Origin: Minisyncoccia bacterium
GTDB lineage: Bacteria > Patescibacteriota > Minisyncoccia > Phycocordibacterales > UBA9973
Direction: 5' to 3'
Length of the DNA: 64,000 bases
Assembly: GCA_049303835.1 (NCBI GenBank)
Contig: JBAQNN010000003.1
Coordinates: 11,933 to 75,932, forward strand
In this document: positions 56,757 through 64,000 of the stretch, in pieces
Numbering within the stretch: position 1 is the first letter of the stretch
Layout: every line of letters starts with the position of its first letter
Program-made: the position numbers and the translations under genes
The notes under the pieces: generated by a model
Databases searched by the model: none
What the model was told of the DNA's origin: nothing
The model's input: the letters and a program-made list of their open reading frames with translations, nothing else

Positions 56757-57512
56757 ATGGAGAATGATACTTATCAAATAAAGACGACTGGATTTGAGGG
56801 GCCTTTTGGGTTGCTTTTAAATTTGGTGGAAAAACGAAAACTTTTTATAAACGATGTATCTCTGGCGCAAGTGACCGAAGATTATCTTCAATATATAAAC
56901 AAATTAGGAGGACTTCCTTCTGCCGAAATTTCTAGTTTTATTTTAGTGGCGTCTACTTTACTTTTAATCAAATCAAAATCACTTTTACCAAACTTAGACT
57001 TAACTTCTGAAGAAGAGGGAGACATTCGCGATTTAGAAGATAGACTGCGTCTGTATAAAATTTTTACGAGTTTGAGTAGCAAGATAAACAATAATTTTGG
57101 TAAAAGAATTATCTTCGCTCCGCTTGAGAGAAGAAATGAAGTTTTGATATTTTTACCTGATGAACAAATTACCAGAGAATCAATGATGACTTTCGCTCGG
57201 AATGTTCTAGATGGTATGCCCAAGAAAGTATTTTTACCGAAGGTGGAAGTAAAGACAGTGATAAGTATTGAAGAAATGATAGACAAACTGACTGAGAGAA
57301 TTAAAAATTCGCTAAAAATGAATTTTAAAGATCTACACGGACATGATGGCAAGGTTGCTACGCGTGAAGAAAAGGTAGTTGTTATTGTCGGATTTCTTGC
57401 TATGCTGGAGCTGGTGAGACAGGGGATGATAGATGCTATGCAGGAAAGTGACGGGGGGGATATAATGATAGAAAAAATTGAAGAAAATTACGAATTAGAA
57501 ATTACGAATTAA
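56757..57512 (+). CDS. scpA: segregation and condensation protein A (kleisin)
   Basis: ATG at 56757 preferred over the TTG at 56739; LLNLVEKRKLFINDVSLAQVTEDYLQYI. Confidence 0.8.
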   Translation: MENDTYQIKTTGFEGPFGLLLNLVEKRKLFINDVSLAQVTEDYLQYINKLGGLPSAEISSFILVASTLLLIKSKSLLPNLDLTSEEEGDIRDLEDRLRLYKIFTSLSSKINNNFGKRIIFAPLERRNEVLIFLPDEQITRESMMTFARNVLDGMPKKVFLPKVEVKTVISIEEMIDKLTERIKNSLKMNFKDLHGHDGKVATREEKVVVIVGFLAMLELVRQGMIDAMQESDGGDIMIEKIEENYELEITN

Positions 57513-57517
57513 AAATT

Positions 57518-58093
57518 ATGGAATTAGGTAAAAAAATAGAAGCGGTACTTTTTTTTAAAGGTGAGCCTGTTTCCAGAAAAAAACTCTCGGAGATTTTAGA
57601 AGTAGGACAAGTTGAAATAAATGAGGGAATAGAGAAACTGAAAGAAAATTTACAGAATAGGGGAGTAGTGCTCATGGAAAATGGTGATGATGTCACATTG
57701 GGTACCGCTCCTGAATTCTCTAAACTAATTGAAGATTTACAAAAAGAAGAATTAAATAAAGATTTGTCTAAAGCGAGTCTGGAAACATTGTCTATTATTT
57801 TGTATAAAAATGGTGTGAGCCGAGCGGAAATTGATTATATTCGTGGAGTAAATTCTAGTTTTACTCTACGCGCATTATCTGTCAGAGGTTTAATAAATAA
57901 AACTACAGATGATAAAGATAATAGACGTTTTATTTACAAACCAAGTTTTGAACTTTTGTCTTATATGGGAGTTAAATCTACAGAAGAATTACCTGATTGG
58001 GAAGAAGTAAATAATTCAGTCAACGTGGCCGTAAAAAATATGGAAGCGGAAAATAAAGAAGAGAACGGAAACCCACCCCTATCTCAGGTATAA
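57518..58093 (+). CDS. scpB: segregation and condensation protein B
   Basis: IEAVLFFKGEPVSRKKLSEIL tandem winged helix. Confidence 0.8.
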   Translation: MELGKKIEAVLFFKGEPVSRKKLSEILEVGQVEINEGIEKLKENLQNRGVVLMENGDDVTLGTAPEFSKLIEDLQKEELNKDLSKASLETLSIILYKNGVSRAEIDYIRGVNSSFTLRALSVRGLINKTTDDKDNRRFIYKPSFELLSYMGVKSTEELPDWEEVNNSVNVAVKNMEAENKEENGNPPLSQV

Positions 58094-58098
58094 TTTTC

Positions 58099-58902
58099 TT
58101 AGAAGCATTCGGAATTGATGCCGAGCACGTAGTTATTTATTAAATTTTGCTCTAATGCATATTCTTCTCCCAAAAACCCTACTAGCTCTTCGTCTTGAAT
58201 AAGATTTATATATTTTTGGGTTAAATTTTTAGCGATAGGTAAATAAGACCAATGCCACTTTTCTTCATTGTAGCCAGTAGGTCTGTTCGGGCCCTTCGCA
58301 TTGTAGGGCTGACAAAAGCCGAAGAGGGGAGCATTTTTATTTAACCATTCATATACTAAAGCTCCTTCAGAAGTTTTAAAATATTCTGGAGTAGCTGCAT
58401 TTATATCTATATCAGTGCCCCAATGATGACGAGATGTACCAGGGACGGCGCTATACTCCAATATTTTTTTGAATCTCTCTCCTCCGCCAATTGAGAGTGC
58501 GTTCCACTTATTATTCCAAAGATTTTTTTGATATTCAAAATTTCTGGTAGCTGAAGCTATAGCGAGGGTCACCCCGTCTTTTTTTGCAGCTTCTTTCATT
58601 TTAGAAAAAGCATCCAAAACCTCTTTTCTCAAATACATTTTATACCCACCTATATTATATTCTTCCGGCACAGATGCGAAATCTTCTCTTGTGCTTGGAT
58701 CAAATTTGCCCATTAGATAGATCTTCTCTTCAGCTTCAATTTTTGCTTTCAATATTTGCTGTTCCAGCAGTAGTCTTTGACTGATTATTTCATTTGCCCT
58801 TTGCTTTTCAAGATAAGAAAAGAAAGAAGAAAAGATAATGAGCGTCAAAGAAGCCAAAAATACAACCAGGGGGAATATATATTTAAAAGTTGATTTTTCC
58901 AC
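58099..58902 (-). CDS. D-alanyl-D-alanine carboxypeptidase, VanY / peptidase M15B family, membrane anchored
   Basis: N-terminal TM; SRHHWGTDIDI metal-binding motif. Confidence 0.7.
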   Translation of the reverse strand: MEKSTFKYIFPLVVFLASLTLIIFSSFFSYLEKQRANEIISQRLLLEQQILKAKIEAEEKIYLMGKFDPSTREDFASVPEEYNIGGYKMYLRKEVLDAFSKMKEAAKKDGVTLAIASATRNFEYQKNLWNNKWNALSIGGGERFKKILEYSAVPGTSRHHWGTDIDINAATPEYFKTSEGALVYEWLNKNAPLFGFCQPYNAKGPNRPTGYNEEKWHWSYLPIAKNLTQKYINLIQDEELVGFLGEEYALEQNLINNYVLGINSECF

Positions 58903-58962
58903 TTACGAAGGATAACATGCGGATGCATTTTAATCAAAAAAAAATAGTGCTATAATCTTTCT

Positions 58963-60018
58963 ATGCTTATAGATTTAGTGAAAATCTCTATCCCCACGGC
59001 ATTTGCCTTTTTTTTAGGCCTTTTTCTTACCCCATTTGCGACCCATTTTTTTTATAAGTATAAAATGTGGAGGAGATATTCCAGAAATGAAGCCACCACT
59101 ACCGCTGATTTTCATAAAATACACAACGAAGAGGAGGAGCTAAAGACTCCCAGGGTGGGTGGCATAATAGTGTGGGTTTCCGTATTGCTTACGACTCTAA
59201 TTTTTTATTTGGCATCAGTTTTCTTTCCCTCGGATAATACCGAAAAAATGAATTTTTTGAGCAGAAATCAAACTCTGATACCTTTTTTTACTTTACTTCT
59301 CGGTTCTTTGATCGGGTTATGGGATGATCTCATTCAAATTTATGGAGATGGTAAATTTGCGAGAGATGACAAATCTTGGCGTATGTGGAAAGCATTTTTG
59401 GTATTGATAATTTCTTTATTAATCGGTCTGTGGTTTTACGACAAATTAGACATGACCTCTATCCATATTCCATTTAGTGGAGAAATTTATTTAGGAATCC
59501 TTATTATTCCATTTTTTGCTTTAGTTACTCTAGCGACTTTTTCGGGAGGAGTGATAGATGGTTTGGATGGGTTATCCGGTGGAGTGCTCTCCGCTATATT
59601 TGGTGCTTATGCGGTCATTGCTTTTGCTAATAACCAAATAGATATTGCTGCTTTTTCTGGAGTCATTACTGGGGTAATTTTGGCTTTTTTGTGGTTCAAC
59701 ATTCCACCGGCCAGATTTTATATGGGGGAGACGGGGATCATGGGGCTTACCATCACTCTGGCGACCATTGCTTTTTTGACTGATTCAGTTTTGATCCTTC
59801 CGATTGTGGCTCTGCCGCTCGTCATTACTTCGGGTTCTGTCGTCTTGCAATTTATTTCTAAAAAATTAAGAGGCGGTAAAAGGATTTTTCGTATAGCACC
59901 ACTACACCATCATTTTGAAGCAATCGGTTGGTCTACTTATAAAGTAACAATGCGATACTGGGTTCTATCTGTCATATTTGCTATTGTCGGTATAATTTTG
60001 GCTATAATTAGTAGGTAG
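58963..60018 (+). CDS. mraY: phospho-N-acetylmuramoyl-pentapeptide transferase
   Basis: 10-TM profile; DDxxD-like GLWDDLIQI; conserved HHHFE. Confidence 0.9.
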   Translation: MLIDLVKISIPTAFAFFLGLFLTPFATHFFYKYKMWRRYSRNEATTTADFHKIHNEEEELKTPRVGGIIVWVSVLLTTLIFYLASVFFPSDNTEKMNFLSRNQTLIPFFTLLLGSLIGLWDDLIQIYGDGKFARDDKSWRMWKAFLVLIISLLIGLWFYDKLDMTSIHIPFSGEIYLGILIIPFFALVTLATFSGGVIDGLDGLSGGVLSAIFGAYAVIAFANNQIDIAAFSGVITGVILAFLWFNIPPARFYMGETGIMGLTITLATIAFLTDSVLILPIVALPLVITSGSVVLQFISKKLRGGKRIFRIAPLHHHFEAIGWSTYKVTMRYWVLSVIFAIVGIILAIISR

Positions 60019-60028
60019 GAGCTAGGCA

Positions 60029-61141
60029 TTGGTAAAAAATATGAAAGAAAAAAAGGTAGACAAATTTTTTCTGGTAATCGTATCGCTTTTGCTTTTTTTA
60101 GGTGTGGCTATCTTCGTGTCTGCTTCTTTTGGACTTTTAGCAAAAAATGAAGAAACTTTCTACTCTGTGCTCTTTAGTCAACTGGTTTTAGGTCTTGGTC
60201 TCGGCTTGGTTTGTATGTACGTTTGTTTAAAAATAAATTATAAATTTTGGCGCAATTATTCTTTTTTGATTTTTCTTGGATCAATTTTATTAACAGCGGC
60301 AGTTTTTATACCATCTCTTGGATGGAGTCATGGAGGGGCAGAGAGATGGATAGATGTTGGATTTACCAAATTTCAGCCTGTAGAATTTTTAAAATTTGGA
60401 TTTGTAATTTATTTTGCAGCGTGGCTCTCTTGGGTAAAAAATAAGGTGCAAGATTTTAGATTTGGAATTTTACCTTTCGCTATTTTAATTTCAATTATTG
60501 CCCTTATTCTATTTAAGCAACCGGATACTAAAAGTTTTATTTTGATTACTGTCACAGGAATATCTATGCTCTTTATCTCCGGTGTTCCCGTAAAATACCT
60601 CTTGGGCGTTGGTGTTGGGTTGGTGCTTTTGCTTAGTACTTTGGTATATTTTACTCCGTATTTGCAAGCACGGGTTAAGACTTTTATTAATCCCGGCCAT
60701 GATTCACAAGGATCTTCTTATCAAATCCAGCAGTCGTTTATAGCCTTAGGTTCAGGTGGGGTTTTTGGTAGGGGATTTGGTCAGAGTGTACAAAAATTTA
60801 ACTATCTACCCGAACCTCAAGGAGATTCAATTTTCGCTGTTTTAGGTGAAGAATTTGGCTTTGTAGGGACTTCTATCACTATCATTCTTTACATTCTTTT
60901 TCTTTTGCGAGGATTTCGCATTGCCAATCGTGCGCCGGATTATTTTAGTGGACTTTTGGTTTCAGGAATTGTTATACTTATTACGGTTCAGTCGTTTATG
61001 CACATAGCTTCTATCACTGGAGTTTTCCCGTTGACGGGGGTACCACTTGTATTTATGAGCCAGGGCGGTACTTCTCTTATGGTATATCTGGCAATGATAG
61101 GAGTGGTATTAAATATATCTAGATTTCAAAAAAATTTATGA
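60029..61141 (+). CDS. ftsW: SEDS family peptidoglycan glycosyltransferase FtsW/RodA (FtsW by context)
   Basis: 10-TM SEDS profile between mraY and murG. Confidence 0.8.
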   Translation: MVKNMKEKKVDKFFLVIVSLLLFLGVAIFVSASFGLLAKNEETFYSVLFSQLVLGLGLGLVCMYVCLKINYKFWRNYSFLIFLGSILLTAAVFIPSLGWSHGGAERWIDVGFTKFQPVEFLKFGFVIYFAAWLSWVKNKVQDFRFGILPFAILISIIALILFKQPDTKSFILITVTGISMLFISGVPVKYLLGVGVGLVLLLSTLVYFTPYLQARVKTFINPGHDSQGSSYQIQQSFIALGSGGVFGRGFGQSVQKFNYLPEPQGDSIFAVLGEEFGFVGTSITIILYILFLLRGFRIANRAPDYFSGLLVSGIVILITVQSFMHIASITGVFPLTGVPLVFMSQGGTSLMVYLAMIGVVLNISRFQKNL

Positions 61142-62268
61142 AAATAGTTTTTACTGGTGGGGGGACGGGAGGGCATTTTTATCCGGTTATCGCGGTTGCC
61201 CAAAAAGTCAATCAAATAATAGATCATGAGCACATACTGGGAGCTAAGCTTTTTTATATTTCCGATGGTCCTTATGATAAAAAAATGCTTGTAGAAAATG
61301 AGCTCTTGTTTGAACAGGTTAGCGCCGGGAAAATGCGCACTTATTTTTCTCTTAAAAACTTTTCCGATATTTTCAAAACTTTTTTTGGTGTTATTAATGC
61401 AATTTTTAAATTATTCTCCATCTATCCAGATGTCGTATTTGGCAAAGGAGGATACGCATCATTCCCAGTGATGTTTGCTGCCCGATTTTTGCATATTCCA
61501 GTCATTATTCATGAATCGGACTCAGCTCCAGGTAGGGTAAATAAATGGGCCGGACGTTTTGCTAAAAAAATAGCCCTTTCTTTCCCTGAAGCAGCCGAAT
61601 ATTTTCCTAAAGAAAAAACTGCTTGGACTGGTCAACCTATAAGATCTGAAATAGAACACGGGGCGTTACGCAAGGAAGCGCTTGAGTATTTTAAACTGGA
61701 AGAAGAGTTGCCGGTAGTGGTCATTATCGGTGGTTCTCAAGGGGCAGAGCTGATAAACAATACCGTGTTGAACGCATTGCCGAGGCTGACAAAAAATTAT
61801 CAAATTATTCATCAAACTGGTGTAAATAATTTCAAGATTGTCTCAGGGCAAGCCAATGTGGTATTGGCGGACGATAGATATAAATCTAGATATATTCCGA
61901 TCGCTTTTTTAAATCCCTTGCAGTTAAAAATGGCCGCTGGGGCCGCTACTATCATCGTCTCTCGAGCTGGATCGGCATTGTTTGAGATAGCCTCTTGGGG
62001 GGTTCCTTCTGTCTTGGTTCCTTTCAGTAATTCTAACGCCGATCATTCAAGGAAAAACGCTTTCAATTATGCGAGAGCCGGAGCTTGTAGTGTGATTGAA
62101 GAAGCCAATATGACAGCAAATATTTTAAGCTCGGAGATTGAAAGAATTTTAGAAGACCAAGAAAGTTATGAAAGAATGAAACAAAACGCAAAAGCTTTTA
62201 GTAAACCCGGTGCGGCCGAAAAAATTGCCAGAGAATTGGTGGACATTGCTCTTAGTCACGAAAAATAA
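61138..62268 (+). CDS. murG: UDP-N-acetylglucosamine--N-acetylmuramyl-(pentapeptide) pyrophosphoryl-undecaprenol N-acetylglucosamine transferase
   Basis: MKIVFTGGGTGGHFYPVIAVA, GT28 C-terminal domain. Confidence 0.9.
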   Translation: MKIVFTGGGTGGHFYPVIAVAQKVNQIIDHEHILGAKLFYISDGPYDKKMLVENELLFEQVSAGKMRTYFSLKNFSDIFKTFFGVINAIFKLFSIYPDVVFGKGGYASFPVMFAARFLHIPVIIHESDSAPGRVNKWAGRFAKKIALSFPEAAEYFPKEKTAWTGQPIRSEIEHGALRKEALEYFKLEEELPVVVIIGGSQGAELINNTVLNALPRLTKNYQIIHQTGVNNFKIVSGQANVVLADDRYKSRYIPIAFLNPLQLKMAAGAATIIVSRAGSALFEIASWGVPSVLVPFSNSNADHSRKNAFNYARAGACSVIEEANMTANILSSEIERILEDQESYERMKQNAKAFSKPGAAEKIARELVDIALSHEK

Positions 62269-62290
62269 AAGTTTGTGCTAATATCTATTT

Positions 62291-63847
62291 ATGGGAGATT
62301 TTAAAGTAGTAACCAGATTTGCGCCCAGTCCGACGGGGTTTATGCACGTGGGGAATTTAAGGACGGCTTTTTATTCGTATTTGTTGGCTAAAAAGCATAA
62401 TGGGACTTTTATTTTAAGGATAGAAGATACTGATAAAGAAAGAGAAGTAAAAGGCGCCACAGAACATATTTTGAAAGTTTTAAAATGGGTAGGTGTAAAT
62501 TGGGATGAAGGTCCTGATATTGGAGGTCCGCATGCTCCATATACTCAATCTGAAAGACTGGATTTATATAAAAAATACGCCCAAACTTTGATAGAAAAAG
62601 GACTTGCTTATCCTGATCCGTATACAGAAGAAGAAGTAGAAAAACTTCGCGAGAAAGCAGAGTTAGATAAAAGACCATTTTTATATCGTGAACACAGACC
62701 AGAAAAATTTGATGTTTGGGATGGCACAAAACCCCTTCGTTTTAAAGTTTCAGAAATAAAAAGTTACAAGTGGAATGATTTAGTTTTTGGAGACTTGTCA
62801 GCTGGGCCAGAGGCTTTAGATGATTTTATTTTAATAAAAAGTGATGGATATCCGACTTACAATTTTGCACATGTTATAGATGATATAGAAATGGGGGTAA
62901 CTCATATAGTGCGTGGGCAAGAATTTATTTCTTCTACTCCAAAATTCTTGTCTTTGTATGAAGCTTTGAAAATAAAACCTCCATTTTTCGTTTCCTTGCC
63001 ACATATTTTAGGAAAAGATGGCAATAAAAAACTTGGAAAAAGAGATGGTGCAAAAGATGTTATGGAATATGGGGAAGAAGGGTATTTACCAGAAACGATG
63101 ATTAATTTCTTGGTTCTTTTAGGTTGGCATCCAAGTGATGATAAAGAAATATTTTCAATGGAGGAATTGAAAGAAGTGTTTGAAGTAGAAAGGATACAAA
63201 AATCCGGTGCGCAATGGAATGACGACAAGCTTGATTGGATGAATAAGGAATATTTAAAATTATTGCCACCAAAAAAAATTGAAGAAGAAATTTTAAAACG
63301 TTTACCCACAGAATTACAAAACAAGGATTTGGTTCCGGTCATCTTTGAACGTATATCAAAATGGGGAGATGTGAAAAAGTGGGTAGAGGAAAAGAGAAAT
63401 ATTACAGAAACCAAACCGGACACGATAAATGCCTTAATGCTGAATGATTATTTAAATCCCTTGTTTGACCCCGTGATTATAGACGCGCGGTCTTTAATTC
63501 CGAAAGATTTGGAGATAAAAAAGGTTATTGAATATTTAAATACGGTTAAAGATTTGGTGAAAAAAAATGATTGGATAAAACTTGTTGAAAAAAATGACGA
63601 TAATGAATTATGGGTATTTGCCGGGAAAGAGGGGAGGGGGAAAGTATTGCCCCCGGTTCGAGTAGCCTTGTCCGGCAAAGATAAATCCATAGATCTCTTT
63701 GAAATTATGAAAGCAATAGGTCAGGATGCCACTTTACGCAGAATAGAAAACGCGATAAAAAGACTGGAAACGCCGGAAAAAGAATTAAACACTGAAACAG
63801 GAAATAAAATTCCGACAGAAAGTCATATATTTACAATTAAAAAATAA
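62291..63847 (+). CDS. gltX: glutamyl-tRNA synthetase
   Basis: RFAPSPTGFMHVGNLRTAFYSY (HIGH-class) and KLGKRDG (KMSKS variant). Confidence 0.9.
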   Translation: MGDFKVVTRFAPSPTGFMHVGNLRTAFYSYLLAKKHNGTFILRIEDTDKEREVKGATEHILKVLKWVGVNWDEGPDIGGPHAPYTQSERLDLYKKYAQTLIEKGLAYPDPYTEEEVEKLREKAELDKRPFLYREHRPEKFDVWDGTKPLRFKVSEIKSYKWNDLVFGDLSAGPEALDDFILIKSDGYPTYNFAHVIDDIEMGVTHIVRGQEFISSTPKFLSLYEALKIKPPFFVSLPHILGKDGNKKLGKRDGAKDVMEYGEEGYLPETMINFLVLLGWHPSDDKEIFSMEELKEVFEVERIQKSGAQWNDDKLDWMNKEYLKLLPPKKIEEEILKRLPTELQNKDLVPVIFERISKWGDVKKWVEEKRNITETKPDTINALMLNDYLNPLFDPVIIDARSLIPKDLEIKKVIEYLNTVKDLVKKNDWIKLVEKNDDNELWVFAGKEGRGKVLPPVRVALSGKDKSIDLFEIMKAIGQDATLRRIENAIKRLETPEKELNTETGNKIPTESHIFTIKK

Positions 63848-63867
63848 TTTGTTATAATATAAATATT

Positions 63868-64000
63868 ATGAAAGTAAATTTTTTCCATGTTTGCGAAAAT
63901 GCATTGATTGAGCAGGGGACTGGTAATATTTCCATTATTGGTATTTTTGAGAATATCAATGCCCAAAATTTCCCGGCGATGCATCCGTCTATGAGCCTGG
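63868..64000 (+). CDS. hypothetical protein, 3-prime partial at window edge
   Basis: ATG after an extended -10-like TTGTTATAATAT; open to the window end. Confidence 0.3.
   Translation, partial: MKVNFFHVCENALIEQGTGNISIIGIFENINAQNFPAMHPSMSL

Noticed and set aside
1-64000. CRISPR array, integrase or transposase
   Set aside because: No regularly spaced direct repeats of 24-40 nt and no recombinase/transposase-like ORFs were detected. The only recurrent short repeats are the mnmA 23-mer (2 copies) and the TTACGAAT tracts.

Overview
This is a low-GC (~35%) and gene-dense bacterial window. About 85% of it codes, mostly on the + strand, and Shine-Dalgarno sites are generally weak. The content and the compact protein versions look like a Candidate Phyla Radiation / Patescibacteria-type genome. 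The compact proteins are a short IF-2, a short AlaRS, a short S1 and a DnaJ without its Zn finger; the content includes many VirB2/TrbC-like mini-proteins and a dcw cluster in which mraY-ftsW-murG (58.9-62.3 kb) lies far from murC at the window start.

Housekeeping genes I recognise:
- Cell wall and division: murC (5-prime partial), mltG, a VanY-type M15 peptidase, mraY, ftsW, murG.
- Replication and chromosome: gyrA, recR, dnaB, scpA, scpB, a DEDDh exonuclease.
- Translation and ribosome: rpsA, rbfA, infB, infA, the alpha-operon block rpmJ-rpsM-rpsK-rpsD-rpoA-rplQ followed by rplM-rpsI, rplU, typA, mnmA, and the synthetases alaS, cysS, trpS, aspS, gltX.
- Chaperones: grpE, dnaK, a dnaJ-like gene, clpB, cutA.
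- Other: a cysteine desulfurase, the agmatine deiminase pair aguB-aguA, pepA, a pterin dehydratase, an AI-2E transporter, MgtC.
- RNA genes: a four-tRNA cluster (Leu-TAA, Lys-CTT, Leu-TAG, Cys-GCA) and a separate tRNA-Tyr.

Non-housekeeping content:
1. A tandem cluster of five paralogous VirB2/TrbC-like pilin mini-genes (8.55-10.82 kb), one of them an internally duplicated two-domain fusion.
2. Two tandem paralogous soluble VirD4/TrwB/VirB4-like P-loop ATPases wedged between dnaK and the dnaJ-like gene (40.6-44.1 kb). The first carries a C-terminal Zn-ribbon and a disordered tail.
3. Two sharply bounded high-GC (~55-60%) islands in this 35% GC background. Island one (10.9-12.5 kb) encodes an SPFH/band-7 protein plus a small membrane protein. 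Island two (53.27-53.65 kb) is a terminator-flanked, strongly SD-led 97-codon Cys-rich ORF.
4. An in-frame GC-rich 23-bp direct repeat present twice inside mnmA.
5. A protein with a sigma-70 region 4 HTH at the N-terminus and a HARE-HTH-like C-terminus, followed by a large uncharacterised membrane protein.
6. A PaaX-like winged-helix regulator divergent from dnaK, with no CIRCE element.

I saw no CRISPR array, transposase or integrase. All coordinates come from the ORF track plus manual reading and may be off by 1-2 nt. Start codons were re-evaluated where the track used TTG or GTG.
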